This document shows, piece after piece, positions 11,900-24,900 of a stretch of DNA of 64,000 bases (the first letter of the stretch is position 1; the number at the start of each line of letters is the position of its first letter). The translations under genes and the position numbers were made by a program. The notes beneath the pieces were generated by a model that saw only the letters and a list, made by a program, of their open reading frames with translations, was not told the DNA's origin and ran no database searches. This stretch comes from Camelus dromedarius (taxonomy: Eukaryota): contig NC_087436.1 in the NCBI RefSeq assembly GCF_036321535.1, positions 90,336,001 through 90,400,000 of the forward strand, in the 5' to 3' direction.

Positions 11900-14350
11900 T
11901 CAGTTGCTAGGGTTGATTTTTTATTATCATGTCAATGGTTGTAATATATACTGATTAGTTAAAATTTGTCTGATATGTTTTATTTGGGTTATGAAACTTT
12001 TTCAATGATAAAATTAATTTCCTCTACATTTTCAAATATATTAGTTTAAATATAATTATATTTTATATATTTCAAGTGTCTTACATTGCATTTTATTCTA
12101 CTTATTAATCTTTCTTGAGATTTTACTATTTCATCATTCTTTTACATTTATCTATGATTTTCTCAATGACCTTTTGTTGTATTTTTTACTTCCAATTATG
12201 TTATTCCTTTGATATAAATAGTCCTTCATTTTGTACCTTTAAATTGGAATAATTAGCTCTCTAAAAAAAGGTTTTAAATTATATTTTATAAGAATTTATA
12301 AATACTTATTTCCCTCAGGGTATCTTTTTATCTATATCTTACGAGTTTTTATATAAGTGTTCTTCTTTCATTTTTTTCTTTGGTATTTCTCTCTTAACCT
12401 ATGCATAATGTAGCTTACCATTCTGAAGATTCCAAAGTTGATTTTTTTAGAAACCTCTTTATTATTTATTTCTAATTTAATCCTACTATGAGCAGATAAT
12501 ATTACAACTGTGGAGACATCTTTAAGATCTAGTGTGCAATTACATTTTGCAAATATGTCATATGATATTATATATTCTTTAGACAAAGGCAATTTTTTTC
12601 ACCAAATTTCCATGTAATCGTTTATTTTTTTGGTTCCTAAAGAGGATGTATTAAAATAACTCAGTAGGTTTAGGGAAATTTTAACTTTCTCATGTATTTC
12701 TGTCATTGCTGTTCAAAATATTTTATTTACATGTATTTTGGGTATATTAACTCATAATTACAAATTGGTAGAATTTTTAACTTATAAGGTACTGTTCATT
12801 TGATATATACTAATAATTTTGAAACTAAATTCTAATTTTCCTTGTATTAAAAAATGCTACCCTGCCCACTGTTTTTGCTTGTGTTCATACTATTTTCATA
12901 TTATTGACTTTTTTGCCAATATGTTGTTAAATGTCTCTTTTTATTTCAGATTTACCTTTTAATATCAATATGTATCTAGATAACTTTAAATTTAAATTCA
13001 CACTTGGATGATGAGTTCCAATTACATTTATTGTAATTATTTACATATTTGAAAGAATTCTCAGGACTTCATTTTATATTTTCTATATTAAAAAAGTACC
13101 ATTTTGTCAATTATCACGCCTTTTTCTTTTTTGACTAATAACTATTTCTGTTTCATGATTTTATTCCTCCACTGAATTGCAAACAATAAATTTCTGTTTG
13201 GTTATTGATTATCCTTAAATTTTTAGGATCATATCAGTTTACACGATTGTATAATCAAGTGGCTATTCATCATTTATGAATGGCCTAGAGGACTTTACTT
13301 ATTAAAGACTACCTCTACTTATTTATTATTTTGGAAATTTAATTTTACCCCTATATTTTAAGAAACTGTCATTGTTTTCCTTCAATCAAGAGTTAATAAC
13401 ATTTGCAACCATATTTTATCAAGGTTAGTATTCTTCATTTTGTCTTGGATCCCACACTTTACAACTGAGTGCACTTTTTTTTCTTATTGGGTATATCTTT
13501 CATCAGTGACAGTCTTAAATGGAAAACTTGTAGTCTGCATGTTTAAAAATACTTCTGTTTTACTTTTTCTCTTGAATGGTGGAAGCGTATAAATCTCTAG
13601 ATCAACAATTATTTTCTCTCAGCATCCTGAGATATCTTGTGTTTGTGCTGAGACATTTGCTGTCATCACAACTTTATTGTAGGAGATCTTTCTTCTTTGG
13701 AAAGTACATGTACACCCTCTCTAGCTGAAATGTGTTTCAAATTCACTGGATGTATCTATGTAGGAATCGATTTATATATATTAAGCTGTGTATTCAGAGT
13801 GCTTTTGGTTTGAAAATACTTCAATTAAAAATAAAAATTCCCTGTAGTTATCCTCTCAAACATTGCTTTTAGGTTATTCATTTTTTTTTCTTCTTATGGA
13901 CTCTTGTCTGACAATTGTTGAATCCCCTCAATTAATCTTTTAAGTCTCACTGCTGTTCTATTTTTTAATTTTTTTTTCCTTGTTACTCACTCAGAAAATT
14001 CTTCACTATCTTCTTTCCATTTATTGATTCACTATTTTACGGTATTAATTCTAAAGATTATTATATCTATTTCATTTTATTTCAATGATTTTTTTATTTC
14101 ATATTTTTCTAATTGTTATTTCTATATATTTCTATCTGATATTTTTTAATCTCTAAAAGAATTCTAGTTTTTTTTAAAGGAAAGCTATACATTGATTAAT
14201 CATTTTAAATCTCAACATGTTTACATTAAATATTTGAGAGCTTCTCTAGAAAATTAATTACTTCTGAATTAAAATCTTAATCACTTTATTGACAGGTATA
14301 TTTCTAAGTTCTTAATTTGTTTATTTCTTTAATTACAGTTTTCAAGCTCC
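11900..14350 (-). mobile_element. Ancient L1 (L1ME/L1M5-type), ORF1 to ORF2 endonuclease region
   Basis: ORF 12368..12592(-) contains ILSAHSRIKLEINNK (cf. L1 endonuclease C-terminal FSDHNGIKLEINN). Antisense ORF1 signature 'tataaatctctagatcaacaattattttctctcagcat' near 13590. Confidence 0.7.
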
Positions 14351-14999
14351 TTTTGAGCAGATGTATCTCCCACTCTCTTTTTCTCTCTCCATCTGTGCTA
14401 TTCACATTGTATATAATGATTCCAAAGTTTCATCTTATATCTTCTTCGGGGGAGTGGGGTGGGGGCTAATCTAATTATGGAAACTGACTTCTTAGTTTTG
14501 AGTACGTGATTAAAAATTTTTTCTTTGTAATTCACAATCTGCAAAATGTGTAACTTTCTTTAACTAGGAGATAATGATTTTTTTATTCTTTATTTTATTT
14601 TATTTATTTATTTTTTTAGTAGCACTATCCCTATCTTCAGTCTCACTGGAAGCCCATGTAAGGACTCTAATACAGGAGCCTGAACTTCAACTTAACTTGT
14701 CTGTTCCAGCTGTTCTGGGCCACAACTTTAGCTCCCATTCCTTGGTTTGTGTTTCCTGTCTATTTCTGGTCTTCAAAAGTAATTGTAAATCAGAGACCAG
14801 GAGGGAAAATAAAAAAGACATAGGTCATTCCTATGACTGAACATCTTATGGATCTTTCTCTTTCTCTCTCTTTTATCCATCATGCCTGTATTTTTGAAGC
14901 AGAGGGAATTTTTTTAAGGCATAATGTTGACCAGAAAGTTTATATATTGTTGTAATTAGCCAGATTTCTGAGTAAGAGAGAGTTGAGATGTGTTGCACA

Positions 15000-15212
15000 T
15001 CATATAGAGTTTCAAGAGAGACATGCCTGAGTCCAAGCCTTACCTTTGCCAATTAATAACTGCTGTGGGGGGCACCTTGTTTAATACCTCTAAGTATCCT
15101 CATTTGTGAAGGTAACAACATTGGTCTTACTTCACACATTTGTAGAGTATTCTAATAATATAATTTATTATAAAATGTAAACACACTGAAAGTGCTCAAA
15201 AGTGTTACTATT
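15000..15212 (+). mobile_element. MIR SINE
   Basis: 'acatgcctgagtccaagcct...cctctaagtatcctcatttgtgaa...aagtgctcaaaagtgttactatt'. Confidence 0.7.
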
Positions 15213-15454
15213 TTTTCCTCTATAATTTTTTTGTATAGATCTATTCTTGCAAGAGTACACATTTCATAAACCATAACACAGGACTGTGAACACATCTAGA
15301 TATGCATGATCCAATAACTGATAATGACTCAAAACTAAGAAAACATATAATTAGGAGCATTAATTATGCTGTCCAATTTAGTCACCCCTTTTAGTTTTAG
15401 AAAAAAAGACAGCATAGCAAACAGTTGGCCTCTCTTGTTTATTGGAGTCACTAA

Positions 15455-15830
15455 TTCATGTGTGAATTCAACTGATTTTTATTAAAAATCTACTAAAAGT
15501 GTCATTAACAAAGTGGACATGGTTCACCACATATATGGAGCCTGACAGGTCTCAAAATAGCTATAAATACAAATGTATAACATGACAAATGCCATGAAGG
15601 TAAAAAACACATTTAAATGATAGCAAGTAGGAGGGGGCATCTATAGATATGAAGTTAGACAGTCTCATTGTTAAAGTGACATTTAACTTGAAATCGGAAG
15701 AATAATCCATCATGCAAAGTAAGACAAAGACTTCTCCAGGAAAAAAAAAAGGCTCTTAAAGCAGTAAACACTTAGGTATTTTAAAGTGACTCAGAGAATG
15801 CCAGTGTGGATGAAAACTGAAGAAACAGAT
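15455..15830 (-). mobile_element. L2 LINE fragment
   Basis: 'attcaactgatttttattaaaaatctact...gacatggttc...aaagtgacatttaacttgaaat...gaatgccagtgtgg'. Confidence 0.65.
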
Positions 15831-15859
15831 GTGATTTTCCTCGTTTCCGAATTAAGTAA

Positions 15860-15952
15860 ATTAAGTCATTCATTTCTGTATCCCTGTTGCTTGTTCCAAT
15901 GTCAGATACATGGCATAAATTCAGTAAATGCTCACTGAATAAATTAATGATC
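15860..15952 (+). mobile_element. L2 LINE 3' end
   Basis: 'tctgtatccctg...atgtcagatacatggcataaattcagtaaatgctcactgaataaattaatga'. Confidence 0.7.
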
Positions 15953-16049
15953 TTCATACAGAAATATGCAAACATTACCACCTGTTCCTATCTCTCTCTT
16001 TTATCTCTCTCTCTTTCTCTATCTCTTGGTTGCGAAATAATAAGTTCCC

Positions 16050-17050
16050 TTTTAATTTTATTTTTAAATAAACCATTTAAGAACAGTTACAGATTAACAG
16101 AAAAATAGCAAATATGGTACCGAGAGCTCTCACATACCACATACCTCGTTTGCCCTGATACAACTTACATTAGTATAGTACATTTGTTATAACTAATAAA
16201 CCAGTACTGAGTCATTATTTATTTAAAGTCAGTACTTTATTAAGAAATCCTTAGTTTTCACCTAGTGGACTTTTTCTTGTTCTAGGATCTCACATATTTG
16301 CTCCTCATGTATTCTTTGTGCCAGTTTCTTAGACTTCTATTGTTTTGACCTTGACACTTTAGAGGTATATTGGTCAGGTATTTTATAGAATGTTCCTCAG
16401 TTGGGATTTTTTTAGATTTATTTTTAATGATTAGCCAGTGGTTATATGTTTTTGGAAGGAAAACAATAGAGGTAAAGTATCATTTTCATCACAGCATATC
16501 AAGTATGCACACTATTAATAGGACTTACCACGATGGATGTTAACCTTGAGCCCTGGGCTAAGGCAGTCTTTGTTAGATTTCTCCAGTCTTTGGAAAAGGC
16601 CACTATGGGGACTACACAATGTGTGAGGAGTCATGCTCCAGCTCTCTATGAGCAAAATATATAAATTATTTGAAATTCTTCTGCCTGAAATATGTCTTTT
16701 CTCCCATCTTTATTTCTTTATTCAGTTGTTTCTATCACTAGGAACTCATGTATTATTATTTTGTACTTTGTGTCATAACCTAATACTACTTTATTGATTT
16801 CTTTGCTCAGAATGTTCAACTTTGGCCTTTGGGGGTTCTTCCAGCCAATTTTTGTGTCTCTTTGTCATCCCCATCATTTTGAGTTTACTCTTGTTTGTTT
16901 GTCTTCTGAACACTTCCTTACTTTCTGGCACACTAAGAAACTTCAGGCTAATCTTGCGCATTTCCTGCCCAACCCTAGAACCAGCCATTCTGCCACAGAG
17001 TTCTGTCCTTTTATTGAAGAATGATAAAGACACAAAATCTGTGTGCTAGG
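16050..17050 (-). mobile_element. L1MC/MD-type 3' UTR
   Basis: 'acagttacagattaacagaaaaatagca...gccagtttcttagactt...ggtcaggtattttatagaatgttcctcagttggg...cctgcccaaccctagaaccagccatt'. Confidence 0.85.
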
Positions 17051-18039
17051 TCTCTTCTTGAGAAGCTTTATGGAGCATTGTATAACTAACTGACAATTAA
17101 CTCTCCCAACACATATAACAATAATATTGTTTAGAGATGAGGTTAGAGGTTGAAAAGAAATATGAGAAGTTATAATTTTAATGTTTCTAAGTAAATCTCA
17201 GAGTACATAACAGAAAAGTGTCTAATTATGTCTGTCTCTAATCTATCTGAGTAGGGGAAGCATCCATCTTATTTCAAAATGGACTTGTGAAATGTAAGCT
17301 ATATAAAACAAATTCTACTACATGAAATTTTCTAGCCTGTATAAGGAAATTTATTACATGCAATCTTTCACAATTCTAGGAAGCTCTTACTTGGAAAAAA
17401 CTTATAATGACAAAATTAAGAATTTTCCTTTATAATACAACAGCAGGCAGTGACTTATTATTAAACTTCTGAACTTTAACAAAAAAATAGTTTAATATTA
17501 TTAACAACATAAAAGGGAAAATATATTTTAAATTAATTCTTTAAAATAAATACTATATTCATCAACCATCTTAGCTATTTTATATAATTCAAAATCTGTG
17601 CATTTCTAAAGAGAAACCATAATAAATCAATTCATTCTGTGTAGTTTTGAGGTTAATGCTAAAATATGTTATTTTGTAATTATCTGAAGGACTACTCTGT
17701 TTGAGATGTATGACAATCTTAAAAATTGTAATCAGCTTGTAAGATTGTTTTAAACATACATCAGCCATTATACTTCATTCTTTGTGTTATATAGATAAAA
17801 ATGACTCTTTAGACTGAAGCTCTTATCTCATATCTTTCTAGACACTGAACAACTTAGGTTATTCTAAAGAAATAGACTATTAATTCTGTTTAGTGAGTTA
17901 TGATCCCATATTTTTCTTATAATAAACATATTTTTAGAACCAGATAAGTAAAGCTTAAATTTCTCTTTTTTTTTTTACAAAACTATGATATCCATCACAT
18001 AATTTGTAAGTTTCTTTATTCTTCATACATAAAACAAAC

Positions 18040-18150
18040 AAACCATAATAACTACTTATCAGGGTTCTAGTAAGGATTATAATACATGCAGAGAGTTTAG
18101 CACAGTGCCTGGCACATAATAAGTATTTAGTAAATGCAAGTTGCTTTTCT
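18040..18150 (+). mobile_element. MIR 3' fragment
   Basis: 'ttagcacagtgcctggcacataataagtatttagtaaatg'. Confidence 0.75.
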
Positions 18151-19775
18151 TATTTTTCTTACTATTAGAAATCAGGTTATCAACACATTCATGATTGCTT
18201 GTGATCTTAAGGAGACAAGATTGGAAATCATGTACTGTGCTAATATTCTCCTAGAAAGTTGTATAAATAGAAAGCAACAACTGAAATTTTGCTTAAAATA
18301 TGATCATGATAAATCCAGATGATGATTAACTGTATATTACCTTCTTAGAATGGAACTACCTTGATCTTTCTGTAAATGCTGTCTGATTTGACTAAACTAC
18401 CAATAAGAAGCAGAAAGCCATAATTCAACTATATTCCAGGTTAAATTTCTTTGGAATAAGAGAATGAAGATCACATAAAGAAGTTATCCACTCTACCATA
18501 TTAGATAAACATAATTATACACGAGAAGACAATATTTTAGGTAAACAACAACATTTAGTTCACTATGTTAAAAAGTGTCATATCAGAAAATACTTCGAAT
18601 ATTTATAAAACTGTTCATTGGGTCCTATTCAGGTCAATTCTCCAATGCAGTTTAAAAAGGGGTCATAAATTCCAAAACATAATACAAAATTTTACGTAGG
18701 AATTATGCAACTGAATAACTAAGGACAGAGTTATCAAGTATGATGTTTAATTGTGTATGGAGTAATTGTTTTTATTTAAAAACTAAAGAGATATCATGGT
18801 TACATATATTAAATACCAAGCCAAAAGTTAAGTAAAATAAGTATGTTGTATAGTTTAAATTTTTATAAAATGTCTAGTGTTTGAACAATACCTTAATCAT
18901 GAACCTTAAGTCCCTGATGTCTACCATCAAATTGTGCATAATCATCAGAGTAACTACTTAAATTTTGATTGTAAGCTTACATATAAGAATACTGTTCTTG
19001 GAATATGAATCATGTTGGTGAAATTTTTTGGATCCTGAAGACAGAATTTACTTGAATGGAATGTTTTACTTTAATATTTTCAATTATGTGTTTGACTACC
19101 AATTTTCAAACACATATTGTGCTATACTAACACTGAATCATACAGCCGTGTAGATAATTGTTCAGATTATTTTTCTCCTTTTCTAATGATCTTTTGAGAA
19201 ACATATTACATATTGGATAAATTAAGTCATTGAATTTCTTCAGACACTGATCATACCAATTTACTTCTTGTATAACACATTATTAGATAAATGATTTAAG
19301 AATGTTTTATGTACTATCATGTTATAAAATTGACTGAATTCATACATAAGCATTATTATAATTAATTTGCATATATCTCATCTAAATAAAAAATAAAATA
19401 TCTCAATTCAATATTAACAAAATCTTGTACGTTTAACTGATGGCTACATGAGGAAGATAATATATGTGATAGCTAGAGCATTCACAATATGTAATGCTAA
19501 ATGCAAAAGCAGATTTATTTTAAAGATATATTTAATATATTAGTATCATATACGAAAAACAATGCTGTTAGTCTATTAATGTAATTGTGACTCAAACTTC
19601 ACTTTTGTTTAAAGAAAATCTTGCCAAGCAGCTTTTTAAAAAGCAACATGAAGCCAACTGCATACAACAAAGCCAACGGAAATCAACTCCCATGCTATGC
19701 TAATCACCTTTATGGGTTTTGTTTTTACATGAACATTACTCAGAATTTGAATTTTTATTTAGTATGCAACAGTAC

Positions 19776-20082
19776 TGCTGTAAACAATGTTTGTGTCTCT
19801 CTCCCCAAGCTCATATGTTGAAACCTAATCTTTAATGGGATGATACTCGGGCAGAGCCCTCATGAATGAGATTGGTACTTTTACAAAAGGAACTCCAGAG
19901 AGAGCTTTCTTGTCCCTTCGGCCCACCAGGTGAGGACAGTGAAAAAATAGCTGTCTGTGAATCACTTGCCAGACACTGATTCTACTGGCACCTTGATCTT
20001 GGCTGTGAGAAATAAATTTTTTATTGTTTATAAGCAACTAGTTTATGTTAGTTTGTTATAGCAGTCCGACTGAACTAAGACA
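19776..20082 (+). mobile_element. MaLR solo LTR (MLT1A-like)
   Basis: TG...CA termini with 'tcatatgttgaaacctaatc', 'gccctcatgaatgagatt', 'ctgtgagaaataaatt' and 'gttatagcagtccgactgaactaagaca'. Confidence 0.9.
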
Positions 20083-20269
20083 ATCACTTTCTATGTTTGC
20101 GTACCAAGAGAACAGCAACTAAAAAAAGGGTAAGAATTTTCCTATCGATTTATTGGGACGTTTTCTCTAATCTTATGATCTCTTCAGAACATGTGAATAT
20201 AGCTTGCTAAATGTATTAAAGAATAAAAATTAATTTATAAGATGCATTTTATAAACATACGTTGCTTCA

Positions 20270-20745
20270 TGACTGACATCGAGAAGAAGTTAGGAGTGTA
20301 GAATTTATTTTGAGATTAAGGCTTATTACTTATAAAAGATAAAACAGAGTAGGGAAAGGATGAATAGTGAATGAAACCATTAAGATTGCCGTGGGAGCCT
20401 GACGCCTGTGAAAAGACATAAGGGAGAAAGCAGGACTGGGCAGAGAAAGGCTCAGTCCATGGTGCAGTTCTGGCACAGTCCCAGAAAAGCTGGCAAGGAG
20501 GCCTGGAGCAGATCACCCATGTATGGGGCAGAAATGGCCAGGCCCTACGACTCTCACCAAGCTCAGTCACTGACTGGGTGGGGCTTCCTGGAGACAGTAT
20601 AACCTCAGCTTGAAAGCAGTGAAAGGAAAGGTCCTAAAGGCACTAACAGATGGAGACTGTCAGATAATTGCACTGCTTATGCCTTAATGGCAAGTTTTTC
20701 CTGATGTGAGAAGCAAACAAGCAGTGCACCTCTTTGTTGCCATAT
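20270..20745 (-). mobile_element. ERVL LTR (LTR16-like)
   Basis: GC-richer island with 'gcaggactgggcagagaaagg', 'ggccaggccct', 'gctcagtcactgactggg' and 'taacctcagcttgaaagcag'. Confidence 0.7.
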
Positions 20746-21811
20746 ATGTTACATTTATTTTCACTGAGAACTTGAATTTTTTTCACACTGTCAAAAGTGG
20801 TATAAAATAAACGTATAGAATATACAGTACCTAAATATAAATTATTAGCTAATTAAACACAGGAAAAAATAACTGAATGATGACCATTTTAGAATCTTTT
20901 AAGTTGTGTATGCTAAACTTCAACTTTAAAAAATATTATGCAAGAGCTAAAGCATGAGAATAGCAATGTCTGAGGTTTTTAAGCACAGAGTAAATTTAAA
21001 CGTTATTTTTTAATAAAAGCCTCCCTGAAATGTACCTTTTGTGGAAAAAGTTTCTTATTATTCAACAGCTGGTAATATTATTTTGTCTACAATGCACGTG
21101 CTGCCATATACGCCAGTTCCTTTTTAACCAAAGTTTTCATCTCACTTATTTTTTTTATTTGTGCTAATGGAGTTATACCTCTTGACCCATGTAAAGACAA
21201 AGATCATCATTTTCTCCACAAACTGTGAATTAATTGGTAATGGTAGCATTTAAAGAATAAAATATAAAAATTCACCCCATAATTATAATAAAAATCTAAA
21301 TTCATTGATGTTTAATAATTATAGTATTTCCCTATGTGGACATCCATCTGAATGTTGACTAACACAAGCCACTTTTAAGTTATTCACAAACAGTTATTAT
21401 ATCATTTTACATCTATAAACACATTATTGTTATGACCATATAATGCACAGTGTACACCAGGAGCTGTCAAACTTGACATTTGCTCCTAGTAAGTATTTTA
21501 TATCACGCATCATAAGTAAAACAAATAACCTTGTGCTACTGAGTAAAAGGAAACTAAATAATTTTAAAAGTCACAATTGCACAGCACATCCATACAGTCA
21601 TGCTGATACTAAAGTTATAAGGTCACACAATGCTTATGCATATTGAAAATATAAAAACCGTACTATGTACTTCTTGTTTCACAGAAAAAAAATTCTATGA
21701 CAACTTTAACATTTTAACGTTATTATAACTATTTCAAAGATATAATAACGTTAAAATGGGTTTGTTTTCTTATTGTGTTTTAGGATGATGACAAACATTA
21801 ATGTAAATAAA

Positions 21812-22048
21812 AATAATAGCTAATATATTATGCACATTTACTGTGGCTATACATTTATGTACTTTACTTCTATTATTCTTAGTAATCCTGACAGGTAATT
21901 ATAATCATTTCTATTTTTGAGGTGATGAAATTAAAGCTCAGTAAGGAAACTACTTGGACATCAATTAATAAATATTAGAACTATAATTTTAGTATGAGTG
22001 TAACTCATTCAAGTATATTATCTTTCCAACAAATTACAATGCTGCCTT
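21812..22048 (-). mobile_element. MIR SINE
   Basis: 'aataatagctaa...tattttgaggtgatgaaattaaagctcag...acaatgctgcct'. Confidence 0.7.
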
Positions 22049-22301
22049 TCTAAAAAATGAATACTAGAACCGAGTCAAATGCCCAGGATTATGCCATGAT
22101 AAATCAGGACTTTAAATAATGAAAAATATACAGCAGTGATGTTTGTACCCAACTGATTATATCAAGGTAAAGAAGTATAATTGAAAATCCCCAAAACATT
22201 AAGAAATGCAATTCTGTAACTCTTCCCTCTATATTCTATTATTCTAAGTAATATTAGACCCAGGAAGGCTAAACATATTTCAGTTTCTGGGTTTTTCTTA
22301 A

Positions 22302-22505
22302 TTTTTTTAAAATTTTTATTGATTTATAATCATTTTACAATGTTGTGTCAAATTCCAGAGCACAATTTTTCATATATATATTCATTGTCACATAGTTTCT
22401 CTGTGAGCTACCATAAGACCTAGTGTATATTTCCCTGGGCTATACAGTATAATCTTGTTTATCTATTCTACAATTTTGAAATCCCAGTCTATCCCTTCCC
22501 ACCCC
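22302..22505 (-). mobile_element. Young 5'-truncated L1 3' end (camelid-type) with degenerate TSD
   Basis: 'ttttacaatgttgtgtcaaattccag...tgtgagctaccataaga...tttgaaatcccagtctatcccttcccaccc'. Flanks 'ctgggtttttcttaa' (22287) and 'ctggagtttcttaa' (22506). Confidence 0.85.
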
Positions 22506-23044
22506 CTGGAGTTTCTTAAATGGAGAGTGCAAACTTCTTCCTTTTCTTTCCACTAGTAGGATAGGGACCACTTGCTTTGTGAGTGAGAGCTCCATGTAAC
22601 TGAAGAGGAATCATACCCAAGGGATATCAGTCAATTATTCTTAGTTTGGGTTTTAGAGTTTGAAAAACTAACTGAATTTATTTCATAAAAACCTCAGCGA
22701 CAGAGATTTTGCTGGGAAGACCAAATTAACAGCTGCATTTCCTACAAGAGAAGTAGCTGATGAGTACTTTATTCACAACTACAAGTTTGAATGTTCTTTA
22801 ATGAAGAATATTTAATTATACAACTGAAAACTGCCCCATTTCTTGATATATGTTAGAGACCATCTTTCTGAAAAAAAAAGTAATGTAAAAAAAAATAGTA
22901 TAATGTGACTGACACACTTTTCCTTTCCTGGTCCTAAGTTTTCCAATAATTAATTGAAATTTTCACACTTTGCTGCATCTTAGGATAAGTACCATTTAAG
23001 ATATAACAAATTCAGTTATAGATATTTTTTTAAAAAGCTTTAAA

Positions 23045-23200
23045 ATCAACTTTCCTCAGTGTGTGCTTGTCAGAAATCCTTCATCATAATTAACAGGGTA
23101 CTTGTTTAAAATACATAAAGTTCTGACCCTACTGAGGTCTAATGAATCAGAATCCATAGGTACATATTTATAGATTCCCAAGAGGATCTTAAACCCACTC
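23045..23200. mobile_element. MER5-like hAT DNA transposon, left part (remainder at about 23903-23930)
   Basis: 'gtacttgtttaaaatacat...aatgaatcagaatc...ttcccaagaggatctt'; the terminus 'actcaattttgacaatcacta' resumes after the L1 insertion. Confidence 0.65.
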
Positions 23201-23202
23201 AT

Positions 23203-23902
23203 TTTCTTAATAGACTTTATTTTTAGAGCAGTTTTATGTCCACAGAAATATTAGGCAGAAGTACAGAGAGTCCCATATACTCCCTGCCCTTCTCATAAAG
23301 AGATCTATGAGATCTATTCATAGAAAAGCTATGTTTCTGGACAGAGAACTTCATGTGTGACTCAATTTTTGTCTCCTCTCTTAAGTGGGACAGGATGGTT
23401 AGAGGGGGCTGGAATTTGGTATTTTACTTTCCAAAATAGCCTTCCCATTTTGAAGGCTAGAACTTGCTAGAACTGGTATTTCTCTTCCCTCAGGTCAATT
23501 AAGCTCTCACATGAGGGGATTTCCTCCAATACTTACTGTGAGAATTTGGTAGAGCCTCTGAAAGCCAAACTCACAGAAGCATGAGAGATCAACATTACTG
23601 ACGTCCCTGTGGACTTTTTAAATTCTCAGATTTGTCCACATCCAGCTTCCAGCAATTTGTCAATTAAAGTAAAGGTTTCCTTATCCTGTCACTGGTTCCC
23701 ATAGAGGTTCCTGCTCTAGTAAGCAGTGATTCCTTGTATTCACCATTTGTGTCTCCAATTTTCGGGATATCACTTTGCCCTCTGATCTCACTTCTCTTTT
23801 AGATCTCAGAAAAGATGTTGATTTTTCAGTTTTCTCATTCTTTCACTTCTTGTTAGAACAGAGGGGCAACTTTTAAGGTCCAAATGCCAGACCAGTAACT
23901 GA
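23203..23902 (-). mobile_element. L1MC/MD-type element with extreme 3' end joined to extreme 5' end (internally deleted)
   Basis: 23203-23290 is the 3' terminus 'atagactttattttttagagcagttttatgtccacag...cccatatactccctgccc'. About 23325-23902 is the old L1 5' terminus 'ccagcaatttgtcaattaaagt...ttgccctctgatctcacttctc...gttgatttttcagttt'. Confidence 0.7.
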
Positions 23903-24392
23903 CAGACATACTCAATTTTGACAATCACTATTTGGTGAATTAGAGCCTAATTGGTACAAGAGAAAATGTTTGAACTCCAATTCTTCTCAAGTAAACATTA
24001 AATGTAAGATTAGCTTGATGACTTCAGACTTTGATAGATACATTTAAGTTAATAAGGAACAGAATACTGGTATACCATATATTTCTGATTCAGCATTTCA
24101 TCCATCTATATCTGATATACTACTCCATAATGATCAATAGGAAAAATTTAGAATCACTTGGACTCAAGGCGAAAAGCAAAGAATGTTATTTTTAATGAAA
24201 AGACTATCCATATACTGTGAAAATAGAATATGCCACTATCATCAATTTTGAAATAAAAATATTTTATTGTTAATGTTTATATCATAACAATGTTATATTT
24301 GAATGAAAATTTATTTCATTCCTTGATATAAATCAGTTATCAAGATTTGCTATATTATCCCTGCCTAAATGGACATTTAAGACCACTTGATT

Positions 24393-24645
24393 GGGAAGGA
24401 GATCAAAATGGTGGAATAAGAGGACGTGGAGCTCACTATCTCCACAATGAACACATGAAAAATACCTCTACATGTGGAAAAATTCTTATAGAAATCTAAC
24501 TGGATACTGGCAGAAAGACTCCTGTACAACCAACATTGTAAGAAAGATACACATGTACTTCAATAGAGCAGGAAGAAAAGTTATGAGTTGAGACCTGCAC
24601 CCTAGGAAGGTGGTGAAAGGAAGAAGGAGATTGCATGGGCAGACA
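24393..24645 (+). mobile_element. Isolated start of an L1 5' UTR (cetartiodactyl/laurasiatherian type)
   Basis: 'ggagatcaaaatggtggaataagaggacgtggagctcac...aaaaatacctctacatgtggaa...ctggcagaaagactcctgtacaacc'; contains a decayed YY1-type AAGATGGCG start motif. Confidence 0.8.
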
Positions 24646-24649
24646 TACA

Positions 24650-24900
24650 ATCATTCATCCCATGCACTAGGCAAATATTACTGAAGTACTATTCTGTGCC
24701 AGACACTATGCTAGGTACTGGATGTAGAATATGAAAGCAGGTGCATTGTCTAATCTAAAAGAGATTTTATAATTAAATATGTGTTTACAAATAATAATAT
24801 TTTATGAAAAAATTTTGAGCTGTTTTCATAAAAAAAAGTGATGTTTATGTTAGATCTAGTGAAAGAATAAAAATTAGCAAAGAAAAGAGTAAAACAAGCA
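24650..24900 (-). mobile_element. L2 LINE 3' fragment
   Basis: 'aaatattactgaagtactattctgtgccagacactatgctaggtactgg'. Confidence 0.75.
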
